32,000 bases of DNA from Schaalia meyeri (GCF_900105015.1 NZ_FNLK01000015.1:1-32000), one strand, 5' to 3'. Shown: positions 1-9,059, counted from the stretch's first letter. Numbers and translations are program-made. Notes: a model not told the origin generated them from the sequence alone.

Positions 1-1
1 C

Positions 2-775
2 AACGGCGCCGGGAAGACCACCCTCATCGACATGCTCCTCGGCATGACACCCCCCACCAAGGGCAACTCGACCCTCTTCGACCTGACTGCCCGCGACGCC
101 ATGCGCCGCTCCCTGGTCGGCGTCGTCCACCAGAGCGGCGCTCTCCCCATGGACTACACCGTGAAGGAGGCTGTGGGCCTCTTCGCGCGGACCCACCCCC
201 ACCACCTGCCCGTCGACCAGATCCTCGACGAGACCAGACTCAGCGCCCTCGCCCCGCGCCCCATCCGCAAACTCTCCGGGGGCGAGTGCCAGCGGGTGCG
301 CCTCGCGCTCGCACTACTGCCCGACCCCTACCTGCTGGTCCTCGACGAACCCACCGCCGGGATGGACGCCACCGCCCGCCGCGAGTTCTGGGAGCTCATG
401 CGCGCCCAGGCCGCCGAAGGGCGCACGATCCTCTTCGCCACCCACTACCTCGCCGAGGCACAGGACTTCGCCCAGCGCACCATCATCCTCAAAGCGGGCC
501 GCATCGTCGCCGATGCCCCCACCGACGAGCTGCGCCAGCGCGGGCGCACCACCCACATGTCCATCGCCGTCCCCGAGGACTCCGGCCCCGGCCTCGTCGA
601 GGAACTCCGCAACGCCAACCCCCAGTGGCAGGCCTCCTACGAGGCCGGGCGCGTCCACGCCACCGGGAAGGACATGGACGACGCAGCCCGCATCGCGCTG
701 GCCCACCCCGGAGCGCACGACATCTCAGTGACGGCCTCCACCCTGGAGGACGTCTTCACCGAACTCACAGCCTGA
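2..775 (+). CDS. ABC transporter ATP-binding protein (5' end cut by window edge)
   Basis: The reading frame is open from the window edge. The first codons read NGAGKTTLID (Walker A). Later motifs are LSGGECQRV (ABC signature), LLVLDEPTAGMD (Walker B) and ATHYL (H-loop). The ATG at 32 is therefore internal. Confidence 0.9.
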   Translation, partial: NGAGKTTLIDMLLGMTPPTKGNSTLFDLTARDAMRRSLVGVVHQSGALPMDYTVKEAVGLFARTHPHHLPVDQILDETRLSALAPRPIRKLSGGECQRVRLALALLPDPYLLVLDEPTAGMDATARREFWELMRAQAAEGRTILFATHYLAEAQDFAQRTIILKAGRIVADAPTDELRQRGRTTHMSIAVPEDSGPGLVEELRNANPQWQASYEAGRVHATGKDMDDAARIALAHPGAHDISVTASTLEDVFTELTA

Positions 776-800
776 GCCCCACAAGTCGAAAGAAACGGCA

Positions 801-1580
801 ATGACCACGATCACCATCTCCCGAGAACCCGCATCCGGCTGGAACGGAGCGGCGCTGCTGGGCTGGTACTCCTTCTGGAAGAACCTCACCAACCCCTTCT
901 CCATCGGTTTCGCCATCCTGCTGCCCATCGGCATGTACTTCATGTTCGGCACCGGCCAGTCCTACTCCGACGCGTGGACGGTCAACGGGAACGTCGCGGC
1001 CACCGTCCTCGTGTCGATGACCCTCTACGGCGTCTTCCTGACAGTCGCGTCCCTGGCCACCAATACCGCCCTGGAGAGGACATCGGGCATCTCCCGCCTC
1101 TACGCGACCACTCCGCTGAGCCCCCTCGCCAACACCTGCGCGCGCATCTGCGCCTCCATGGGGATCGCCCTGGTCGTCACGGCCATCACCTACGGCATCG
1201 GAGCGGCGACGGGGTCCAAGATGTACGCCTCGGCGTGGATCCAAACCCCCCTGCTGATCCTGGCGTCCTCCATCCTGGCCTCCGCGCAGGGCCTGGCGAT
1301 GGCCTTCGCGGTGCGCTCCGATGGCGCGTTCGCCGCGTCCAGCGCGGTCACCGTCTTCAGCGGGTTCCTGTCCGGCATGTTCATCCCCATCGACCAGATG
1401 GGCTCCTTCTTCCAGACCATCGCCCCCTACGCGCCCATGTACGGCATCGCGAACCTCACGCTGCTGCCCGTCTACGGGTGGGAGACCTTCAAATGGTCCT
1501 ACGTGGCGAACCTGGTCGTGTGGACCCTGTTCTTCGTGGTCCTGGCCGCATGGGCGCAGCGCCGCGACACCGCGCGATAA
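801..1580 (+). CDS. ABC-2 type transporter permease
   Basis: 259-aa ORF starting 25 nt after the ATPase stop. It has about 6 hydrophobic segments and the size and topology typical of ABC-2 permeases that pair with the upstream ATPase. Confidence 0.8.
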   Translation: MTTITISREPASGWNGAALLGWYSFWKNLTNPFSIGFAILLPIGMYFMFGTGQSYSDAWTVNGNVAATVLVSMTLYGVFLTVASLATNTALERTSGISRLYATTPLSPLANTCARICASMGIALVVTAITYGIGAATGSKMYASAWIQTPLLILASSILASAQGLAMAFAVRSDGAFAASSAVTVFSGFLSGMFIPIDQMGSFFQTIAPYAPMYGIANLTLLPVYGWETFKWSYVANLVVWTLFFVVLAAWAQRRDTAR

Positions 1581-1695
1581 GGCCGTCGGCGCCGGTGGGC
1601 CGCCCCACCCGGAGCCCCCGGCGCCGCGCAGTGCCCCCCCTGCCAACCCCCTCCCCCAGCCCGTGGCCAAACCCCGGCCGTGGAACAATGCCACC

Positions 1696-2937
1696 ATGAC
1701 GACCACCAGCACCCCCCGCGCCGCAGTGCGCCCGATCAACGCCCGCACGCTCCGCGACTTCATCGCGCGCCACCCCACCATCTACTCGCTCACGTGGTCG
1801 CTGCCCTTCCTCGTCTTCCTCGCCTTCCCCATCAGCTCCGCCCTCGACGAGGGGCTGGACACCCTGCGGGGCGCCGGCATGCTCACCACCTCCGTCCTCA
1901 TCGGCTGCACCTACCTGGCCACGTGGATCGTCAACCCCGTCCCCCGCCAGAGCGAGCGCCTGACGACCAGGTTCACCGCCACGCACTCCTTCCTGCTGGG
2001 CGCAGAACTGGCGGCCTTCGCGTTCAACCACATCATGGGAGCGCCCGGGACCTTCCCCATGCTGTCGTACCAGGCCAGCGCGTGGGTCCTCCAGTCGCCC
2101 CGCCGCATCTACCCCTCGGGGACCGCCGCATTGGTGGCACTGGCGTGCGCCCAGGCGTCTGCCGACGGCTACCCCTTCTACTACGGTCTGTACGTGCTCT
2201 TCCCCGTCATCGTGACCACCAAGGCGCGCCACGCCATTGACAGGGACAACGAGGAACGCCTCGTCCACCAGCAGGCCCTCCTGGTGGCCAAGGACCGTGA
2301 GCGCCTGCGCCTGTCCGGGGACCTCCACGACATCCTCGGCCACTCGTTGACCGCGATCCACATAAAAGCGCAACTGGCAGCCCGCTTCCTGGACGCGGGA
2401 CACGCCGAGGAGGCAGCCGCGCAGGTGGACGACCTGATCGACATGTCCCAGTCCGCCCTCTCCGACGTGCGCGCGATCGTCGCCGAGAACCGCCGCCTGT
2501 CGCCCCGCGAGGAGCTGGAATCCGCCCGCAGCCTGCTGGCGGTCGCCCGCATCGACGTGATCATCACCAACACCGGGGAGCCCCCCGCGGGCATCCGCTC
2601 CTCCCTGGCGGGGCACGTGATACGCGAGGGCGTCACGAATGCCATCGCGCACGCCCACCCCACGCGCGTGTGGATCACTCTGTCCCCCACTGGGGTCTCC
2701 GTCACGAACGACGGGTACTCCGCCTCGTTCTCACGGTCCTCCTCCGGTTCGGGCACGGGGCTTGAGGGGCTGCGGGAACGCGCCGCGACGGAGGGGACCG
2801 TCGTGTGGGGGCCGACCGGGTCCACCTGGTGCGTGGCTCTCGCCTTCCACGGGGCCGAGGCCGACAGCCCCCCAGCTGCCCATGAGCGTTTTGCTATCGT
2901 GGACGCACCGCAACCGACCGTGAAGGGCAACCTATGA
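1696..2937 (+). CDS. Sensor histidine kinase, HisKA_3 (DesK/NarX-like) family
   Basis: N-terminal hydrophobic segments. H-box LSGDLHDILGHSLTAIHIKAQL, N-box REGVTNAIAHA, G-box GTGLEGLRERA. I chose the ATG at 1696 because the longer ORF from 1321 overlaps the permease. A GTG at 1663 is an alternative start. Confidence 0.85.
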   Translation: MTTTSTPRAAVRPINARTLRDFIARHPTIYSLTWSLPFLVFLAFPISSALDEGLDTLRGAGMLTTSVLIGCTYLATWIVNPVPRQSERLTTRFTATHSFLLGAELAAFAFNHIMGAPGTFPMLSYQASAWVLQSPRRIYPSGTAALVALACAQASADGYPFYYGLYVLFPVIVTTKARHAIDRDNEERLVHQQALLVAKDRERLRLSGDLHDILGHSLTAIHIKAQLAARFLDAGHAEEAAAQVDDLIDMSQSALSDVRAIVAENRRLSPREELESARSLLAVARIDVIITNTGEPPAGIRSSLAGHVIREGVTNAIAHAHPTRVWITLSPTGVSVTNDGYSASFSRSSSGSGTGLEGLRERAATEGTVVWGPTGSTWCVALAFHGAEADSPPAAHERFAIVDAPQPTVKGNL

Positions 2938-3578
2938 GCATCCGCGTCCTTGTAGCCGACGACCAGGCCATGATCTGCGGCGCCCTGGCCTCGTTGCTCG
3001 ACTTGGAACCGGACATCACGGTCGTCGCCCAGGCGTCGAATGGGCGCGAGGCCGTCGAGGCGCTCGCCCTGGCGGCGCAGAGCACGGGCAAGGGCGGCGC
3101 CGGTGAGGACTGCGTCGATGTGGCGATCCTCGACATCGAGATGCCCGTCATGGACGGGATCACCGCCACCGAGACGATCCGCCGCCGTTTCCCGGCAACG
3201 CGCGTGCTCATGGTGACCACTTTCGGCCGACCCGGCTACCTGCAGCGGGCGCTCGACGCGGGCGCCACCGGTTTCATGGTCAAGGACGCACCCGTGGACC
3301 AGCTGGCGGACGCCGTGCGCCGCGTGGCCCAGGGGCTGCGGGTCGTGGATCCGACGCTCGCCGTGGAGACCCTGTCGCGCGGGACGTCCCCGCTGACCGA
3401 ACGCGAGTCTGACGTGCTGCGCGCGGTGTCCACCGGCGGCACCATCGCCGACATCGCCCGGGAGATGCGACTGTCCCAGGGGACCGTTCGCAACCACGTG
3501 TCCTCCGCGATGCTCAAGACCGAGGCGCGCACCCGCGCGGAGGCGGTGCGCATCGCCACCGAGTCCGGCTGGCTCTGA
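2934..3578 (+). CDS. Response regulator, NarL/LuxR family
   Basis: Receiver domain (VLVADDQ, phospho-acceptor context VAILDIEMPVMDG) followed by a LuxR-type HTH (LTERESDVLRAV...IAREMRLSQGTVRNHVS). Its ATG overlaps the kinase TGA (ATGA). Confidence 0.92.
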   Translation: MSIRVLVADDQAMICGALASLLDLEPDITVVAQASNGREAVEALALAAQSTGKGGAGEDCVDVAILDIEMPVMDGITATETIRRRFPATRVLMVTTFGRPGYLQRALDAGATGFMVKDAPVDQLADAVRRVAQGLRVVDPTLAVETLSRGTSPLTERESDVLRAVSTGGTIADIAREMRLSQGTVRNHVSSAMLKTEARTRAEAVRIATESGWL

Positions 3579-3682
3579 CGCCGACGGGCGACTCGCGTGG
3601 GCCGCCGCTTGCGCCGTGATCCCCCGCTCAATCACGTGACGGTCAAGGAAAGCGCCTCGGACTGCGGTTCCCGGCACCGACG

Positions 3683-3777
3683 CCGACGCGCGTTATCGAT
3701 ACCGACGCGCGTTATATCCCCCTCGCGGCGTCGACAACCCCCTCGCGGCGTCGACAACCCCCTCGCAGTGTTGGCAA
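3683..3777. repeat. Two adjacent short tandem direct repeats in a convergent intergenic region
   Basis: ccgacgcgcgttat occurs at 3683-3696 and 3702-3715 (19-nt period, core palindrome acgcgcgt). ccccctcgcggcgtcgacaa occurs at 3718-3737 and 3738-3757 (perfect copies, containing gtcgac). A third, degenerate unit at 3758-3777 matches 16/20. Confidence 0.9.
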
Positions 3778-3807
3778 CGCGCACCCGCACCCCTTTGGAG
3801 CCACACC

Positions 3808-4551
3808 CTAGCCGCGCACGAACCGCGACCGGCGCACGAGGCCGGGCAGGAGCCGCACCCCCAGGTAGGTGCCGAGCGTATTCGTGATGACGTCGTCAAT
3901 GTCGACGACGCGGTACGTGCAGGACACGACGCCGAACAGCCCCGTGTACTGGGTCAACTCAATCAGGCACGACAGCGCACACCCGATGGCCACCCACACC
4001 AGGACACGCCGAACCGGCACGACGCGGACGAAGCGTCCGGACGGGGGCGGGACGCTGATCAGTTCGCGCCGGATGCGCCACGTGGCCTCGGCCAGGAACC
4101 CGAGGGGCACAAAGAGCACGATATTCAGCAGGATCGACAGGGCGTAGAGCGCGGCACGCAGGGTTTCACCGGCGTGAAGTTGATTGGCCACCGCCAACAG
4201 CGACCCGAAGGGGGCGTAGTTATCCCGGTGGATGATAGCGGCGCACGCCGCGGCCGGGTCGGCGGGCAGGGGCAACAGGGTGAAGATAGCCAGGCCCGCC
4301 AGGTACAGGATCCACGCGAGGGGCAGGGCACGCGGTAGCCTCCACATCGATACGGCCGGAACCCCGATCCGGTGGCTCTCGCACGTCTCGGGGATTTCGC
4401 GTGTCTCGGAACTCTCGCGGGTAACGGGAATCGCGCCGCGGGCGCGCACGCGGTCCTGGCAGCGGCCGATCACCCACCACAGGCCACAGGCCAGCACACA
4501 GACGGACGCGTAGAGCCCCAGGTCCCAGGCCCAGCTGATTGCCGCGTACAT
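3808..4551 (-). CDS. VanZ-like family membrane protein
   Basis: Multi-TM ORF with a C-terminal LIELTQYTGLF...VVDIDDVITNTLGTYLG motif typical of VanZ-like proteins. The start is uncertain; an internal Met (MWRLPRAL) is possible. Confidence 0.65.
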   Translation of the reverse strand: MYAAISWAWDLGLYASVCVLACGLWWVIGRCQDRVRARGAIPVTRESSETREIPETCESHRIGVPAVSMWRLPRALPLAWILYLAGLAIFTLLPLPADPAAACAAIIHRDNYAPFGSLLAVANQLHAGETLRAALYALSILLNIVLFVPLGFLAEATWRIRRELISVPPPSGRFVRVVPVRRVLVWVAIGCALSCLIELTQYTGLFGVVSCTYRVVDIDDVITNTLGTYLGVRLLPGLVRRSRFVRG

Positions 4552-4733
4552 GTCACCCCCTTCGTCCAGGGGACGACAATACCGGCATTTTCGGGCCGAG
4601 TCACGCCGTCACGCCGGTGCCATCACTCTCACCAGGCATGGGCACGCGCTAAGAAAAGCACGAAAACCAGCCGGTGACCACCGGTCAATTTCCCGCGCGC
4701 ACGCGGCGGGACCGGGGGACAGCGGGCGGAGGG

Positions 4734-5471
4734 TCAGACGGGGCAGGATGACAGCTGCGTAGCCATCGCGTCCTGTTCGTCCTGGGTGACGCTCAACCCG
4801 TACGTGCTCTTGACGGCAATCTGGCGCTTCACGTAGTCGCATCGAAAGGCCGCGTTGGGCGGCAACCACCGGTCGGCTGAGGCGTCCGACTTGTCCTGGT
4901 TGGCGTCCCCATCGACGGCCAAGAGATTTTCGCGGTCGTTCGCGAATTCTTGGCGGCGGTGCGCATCCCACTGCCACGCGCCTGAGCGCCACGCGTCCGC
5001 CAGGGCCACGACGTGGTCGATCTGGACCAGCGACGAGGTCTTTTCGCCCCTGCGAAACTCGATCGTTTTACCCGTGTAGGGTTCGGCGAGGGTGCCGGTG
5101 AGGACCACGCAGTCGTGAGTTCCCGCCTTGAAGGTGGGGCGCGCCAGGTCGCGGACCAGGATGTCGTTGCGCGTGTCGCAGCCGTTGTGATCCGTATCCG
5201 CCCAGCGCTGCCCAAAAGCCCCGCGGTCATAGTCGGGCACCTGCTCCCCATCCCCCTCCGCGCGCACCGCGAGAGCATGCAGCTGACGGGCCGCCTCGCT
5301 ATCTGGCAGGGAGGACAGGGCCAGGCCCCTGCGTGGCGGCGGCCACCCGATGCGCGAGCGCATATCCAGCAAATCCCATCCGAGGCCGGGCGCGAACGCC
5401 CACGCCAGGGCGAGAAGGATCAGCAGCAGACCGATCACGTCCCCAATGCTCCTGCGGCGTTTGCGAGCCAC
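4734..5471 (-). CDS. Membrane-anchored/secreted DUF1524 (His-Me finger, HNH-like) nuclease family protein
   Basis: GTG start preceded by ggaggag. The N-terminus has a basic stretch plus a hydrophobic anchor (RKRRRSIGDVIGLLLILLALAWAF). The C-terminus has IDHVVALADAW and NLLAVDGDANQDKSD motifs characteristic of DUF1524. Confidence 0.75.
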   Translation of the reverse strand: MARKRRRSIGDVIGLLLILLALAWAFAPGLGWDLLDMRSRIGWPPPRRGLALSSLPDSEAARQLHALAVRAEGDGEQVPDYDRGAFGQRWADTDHNGCDTRNDILVRDLARPTFKAGTHDCVVLTGTLAEPYTGKTIEFRRGEKTSSLVQIDHVVALADAWRSGAWQWDAHRRQEFANDRENLLAVDGDANQDKSDASADRWLPPNAAFRCDYVKRQIAVKSTYGLSVTQDEQDAMATQLSSCPV

Positions 5472-5600
5472 GTCTTCTCCTCCATCATCGCGCGACGGCC
5501 CGACAGCCCGGGCACCCCGAACCCCTCGTTCGAGAACCCTCCATGATGCGCCCGGCCATCCGCATCTGCGTACCGCGCGCGACCCGCCTGTGGACGGCCG

Positions 5601-7115
5601 CTACGCCCGCGAGCGCGCTCGCACGAGCTGGCGCACAAAGTAGATACACACGATGATGAGCGTCAGAGCGCCCATGGACACCAGCTGGGCGCGGCCTTCG
5701 GCGCTCATGAGCATGAGGACGCCGACCCCGCCCAGTCCGACCAGGACCACCCACGGCAGCCACGGCCAGCCCGGCATGCGAATCACCAGGGAGCCGGAAC
5801 GCTCCAGGGAGGAATGCAGGCGCATCAGCGAAATGATGATGAAGGTCCACACGATCAGCAACACCATGCCGATCGCGTTGATGAGGATCGTGAGAATGCC
5901 GCCGGGCAAATACCAGTTGCCCCAGACCGCGAGCAGCGCCAGGACGACGACCAGCCCGACCGCGCGCTTCGGGGTGCGACCCGCCTCCATGTCGCCAGCC
6001 ATCTCGGCAGCAAAGGCCTCGTCGCCGCCCTCCAGGACCGCCTGGGCGGAGGGTCCCACGCGGCCCGAGGCTAAGGCCCGGGCACCCAGCAGCCAGCGCC
6101 ACCCCATGTCGCGCGCGGACAGCGAATACGCCATGCGAGACGAGGCGTAGATGTTCGCGGAAAACGCGGAAATGAGCGCCATAAAGATGATGACGTTCAT
6201 GACGGTCCCCACCGCCGGCACGCCCGCCATCGACAGGACGGCCGCGAACGCGTTGGTCTTCATCTCATCGCTGTCCCAGCGCAGCAGGGCGATCAGCAGG
6301 ATGACCGACCCGATGTAAAACACGAGGATGCGGGTGATGACGGAGCGGATCGCGCCGGCCATGGCCCGGCTGGGGTCCTCGGCCTCGGCCGCGGCGATCG
6401 TGACGATCTCCAGGCCACCGAAAGAGGTGATGACGGCGAGCAGCCCGACCGCGATGCCGGGGATGCCGCTGGGCGCAAAACCCCCGTGGCCGATGATGTT
6501 CTGCCAGATGCCCTCGCGGCCAGGCGCCGGCCCAGCGACCGCGGCTTGCGCGACCAGCCACGCACCCACGCACAGGAAAGCAACAATCGCGACGACCTTC
6601 ACCATGGACAGCCACGCCTCGATCTCGCCGTACTGCCCGGCCGCCAGCAAGTTAATTCCGCCGATGACAACCACGATCACCAGGGCGACGACCCACTGCG
6701 GCACCGCCGGGAACCAGTCGACGAAGATCGTCGCCGCGCCCGTCACTTCGATGCCGGTCACCATGATCAGCATGACCCAGTACAGCCACCCGATCGTAAA
6801 CCCCGCCCACCGGCCGATCCCCGCCTCGGCGTACGAAGAAAAGGACCCCGTCGTGGGCAGGGAGGACGCCAGCTCGGCCAGGGCCAGCATCACGGACACG
6901 ACGATCCCGGCAGCCAGCAGATAGGACACGATGACCGCGGGGCCGGCCTGGTGGATCGCGGAACCCGTCCCCAGGAAAAAGCCCGCGCCGATCGCGAGAC
7001 CCAACGCCATCATGGACAGGTGCCACGTCTTAAACGGCTTGCGCCCGGCGGCGGGCGCACCAGCCGCGGCGGGCGCGGGATCGGTTGAGGAGACGGGCGC
7101 TGATTCTGGACTCAC
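5601..7115 (-). CDS. Amino acid permease (APC superfamily)
   Basis: 504 aa with about 12 hydrophobic segments. N-terminal motif WHLSMMALGLAIGAGFFLGTGSAI resembles the APC consensus. GTG start lies 9 nt after the upstream stop. Confidence 0.85.
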   Translation of the reverse strand: MSPESAPVSSTDPAPAAAGAPAAGRKPFKTWHLSMMALGLAIGAGFFLGTGSAIHQAGPAVIVSYLLAAGIVVSVMLALAELASSLPTTGSFSSYAEAGIGRWAGFTIGWLYWVMLIMVTGIEVTGAATIFVDWFPAVPQWVVALVIVVVIGGINLLAAGQYGEIEAWLSMVKVVAIVAFLCVGAWLVAQAAVAGPAPGREGIWQNIIGHGGFAPSGIPGIAVGLLAVITSFGGLEIVTIAAAEAEDPSRAMAGAIRSVITRILVFYIGSVILLIALLRWDSDEMKTNAFAAVLSMAGVPAVGTVMNVIIFMALISAFSANIYASSRMAYSLSARDMGWRWLLGARALASGRVGPSAQAVLEGGDEAFAAEMAGDMEAGRTPKRAVGLVVVLALLAVWGNWYLPGGILTILINAIGMVLLIVWTFIIISLMRLHSSLERSGSLVIRMPGWPWLPWVVLVGLGGVGVLMLMSAEGRAQLVSMGALTLIIVCIYFVRQLVRARSRA

Positions 7116-7124
7116 ACGGCCATA

Positions 7125-7862
7125 CTAGCGCCTGCCTCTGCGCAGGGCTTTCAGCTGCGAATACGTGAGAGTGATGGTCCATTCGCGTGTCTGCGGCAGC
7201 CTCCAGCGGCGCCAGTGCGCCATGCCCGTGAACACGAGGCCCACGATGATGGACGCCCCCATGCCGAGCACCGGCTGATGCAGGTGCCAGAATCCGACGG
7301 TGACGACCGAGCAGGCAAAGGCCGGGGTGGCGTACAGGTTGTTGCCGCCAAACACGCGGGGCACCAGACCGGCAAAGATATCGCGAACCATGCCACCCCC
7401 GATGGCCGTCAGCATGCCCAGCAGGATTGCGGGCATGACCGCGAATCCCGCGTCCAGCGTTTTGATCGCACCGGTCGCGCTCCAGCAGCCGAGCACCATG
7501 CCATCCGCGATGACCAGCAGAATCGACCAGGTGCGTGAGTCCATGCGAAACGCCATCGCGACAAGGGCGCCGATGATGGCGAATCCCAGGTAGTAGGGGT
7601 CGGTGATCGCCACGGGGGCACCAGCGCGCGTGGCCAGCAGGAGGTCACGAATCATGCCCCCCGCGAGCGCGGTCATGATCGCCAGGATACAGAATCCGAC
7701 AGCGTCGAAGTTGCGCTCGCGGGCGACCTTGCCGCCGAGGACACCGTTGAGCAGCACCCCCATAAGGTCGATGGCTCGGACAATTTCAGGCAGAGAGTCG
7801 TTCAAGGCGTCTAGCGGGTGCATGGCGGTCCGGGAAAGTTGATGACGGTCGTTTTTCATCAT
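7125..7862 (-). CDS. UPF0126 (YadS/TRIC-like) family membrane protein
   Basis: Two internal repeats, each ending in the G-G-x-x-R-D motif (AGGMIRDLL and GGGMVRDIF), with 7 hydrophobic segments. The start is set at the ATGATG at 7862 because the longer ORF to 7994 would overlap the divergent gene. The Met at 7823 is also possible. Confidence 0.7.
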   Translation of the reverse strand: MMKNDRHQLSRTAMHPLDALNDSLPEIVRAIDLMGVLLNGVLGGKVARERNFDAVGFCILAIMTALAGGMIRDLLLATRAGAPVAITDPYYLGFAIIGALVAMAFRMDSRTWSILLVIADGMVLGCWSATGAIKTLDAGFAVMPAILLGMLTAIGGGMVRDIFAGLVPRVFGGNNLYATPAFACSVVTVGFWHLHQPVLGMGASIIVGLVFTGMAHWRRWRLPQTREWTITLTYSQLKALRRGRR

Positions 7863-7937
7863 GTTACAGGGTTTGCGCCCCCGTGAGCGAACTCCGTGAT
7901 CAGCCACGATACCGCTCGCGGGTGCAACAATGTTCCT

Positions 7938-9022
7938 ATGACCGCTCTCTTCGCCGGGCTCACGACCCTGGATGTCCTGCATCGACTCGACCACGTGCCC
8001 GACCCGGCGCGCAAGGTTACCTCCACGGGCTTCACGATGGCCGCCGGGGCCCAGCGACCAACGCGGCGGTCACCTACGCGGCGCTTGACGCCCTGGCGGC
8101 GCGCCCGTCCCCTTCGCCAGCCGAGGCCTCGACACCCGCGCCCACCAAGGCGCCCTGCGGGGATTCGCCCACCCTGCTGACGGCCCTCGGCGAGGGGCCG
8201 GTGGCGGCCTTCCTGGCCGCGGATCTGGCATCCGTCGGGGTGAACGTCGTGGACGCGACGGCGCGCGGCGGCACGCGATTACCAACGCCCGCGGGACCGG
8301 ACCGCGCGGCCGCCGATGCGGGGCGCGGCCAAGCACGGGTCCGGGACACGGTCCAGGGCGCCCCGGCCGTGTCCTCGATCATCGAACACCCAGACGGGCG
8401 CATGGTGGCCTCGACGAACGCGCGACTGGACGCGGATCCCGCGCTCGCCGCAGGGAGACTCCCCGGCAGCGTCGGCGTAGTCCTGATCGACGGGCACAAC
8501 CCCTCTTTGGCGCGAGCGGCGCTGACCCTGGGCGTGCCCGACGTGGGCGGCGAGGATCCCTTCGCGCGGCTCGAAGCTCGCCCACCCCACCCGCGCATCC
8601 TGGACGGCGGCTCGTGGAAGGACTGGCTGGCGCCCCTGCTGGGCTTCGTGGACGTCGCCGTCGTGTCCGAGGACTTCGCCCCGCCGCTTTTCGCACGCCC
8701 GCACGGGCAGCAGGTCGCGGATTTCCTGCGCGGATTCGGCATCACCCGCACTGTGCGCACGCGCGGGGAGCGTCCCGTGCAGTACTGGTGGGACGGATTG
8801 TGCGGCGAGGTTCCCGTCCGCGAGGTCACAGGCGCGTCAACGATGGGCGCGGGGGACGCGTTTCACGGGGCCTTCGCGTGGGCGATTGAGCGGGCGGGGG
8901 ACCAGGAACCGGAGCGCCTCATCCGCTTCGCGTCGGCGGTCGCGGCGGTATCCGTGTCCTCCTTCGGGACCAGGCAGTGGCTGGACTCCCCAAAGCTGGC
9001 AAAGATAGTGCGCGGCTGGTAG
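7938..9022 (+). pseudogene. PfkB-family carbohydrate/nucleoside kinase interrupted by a 1-nt frameshift
   Basis: The N-terminal part MTALFAGLTTLDVLHRLDHVPDPARKVTSTGFTMAAG is in the frame of ORF 7896-8180. The rest (GPATNAAVTYAAL ... GAGDAFHGAFAWA) is in the frame of ORF 7883-9022. The frames join at the G-run at 8046-8049, and one extra G would restore the PfkB GG-x-x-x-N-x-A motif. Confidence 0.7.
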
Positions 9023-9032
9023 TTGCGGGCGG

Positions 9033-9059
9033 GGCTGCCGGAGTACCTGCCCGGCAGCC
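9033..9059. terminator. Stem-loop between convergent genes (possible terminator)
   Basis: ggctgccgg (9033-9041) pairs with ccggcagcc (9051-9059) around a 9-nt loop. A T-rich tract (ctcttttgtgt) follows about 18 nt downstream on the + strand, which is not immediately adjacent. Confidence 0.3.

Noticed and set aside
1321-1695. N-terminal extension of the histidine kinase ORF (the track gives 1321-2937).
   Set aside because: The extension overlaps the ABC-2 permease coding region by 260 nt and is Pro/Ser/Arg-rich. The recognisable kinase begins after the ATG at 1696.
3683-3777. Possible CRISPR array or minisatellite.
   Set aside because: It is not CRISPR. The units are directly abutting (no spacers), only 14-20 nt long and present in 2-3 copies, and there are no cas genes in the window. 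It is kept as a plain tandem repeat finding.
4640-4700. Weak hairpin (ccggtg..caccgg) followed by a T-rich tract on the - strand, downstream of the DUF1524 gene, considered as a terminator.
   Set aside because: The stem would leave only a 2-nt loop, and the alternative 4-bp stem is too short to support a terminator call.
7863-7994. N-terminal extension of the UPF0126 gene, and likewise 22140-22370 for the LMW phosphatase and 31083-31199 / 30550-30642 for dispanin-like paralogs 2 and 1.
   Set aside because: The extensions overlap neighbouring genes or regulatory regions and lack family similarity. Internal starts reproduce the conserved N-termini (MSDPANPY, MSTHSDPARVLMVCTGN) with an SD or with stop-start coupling.
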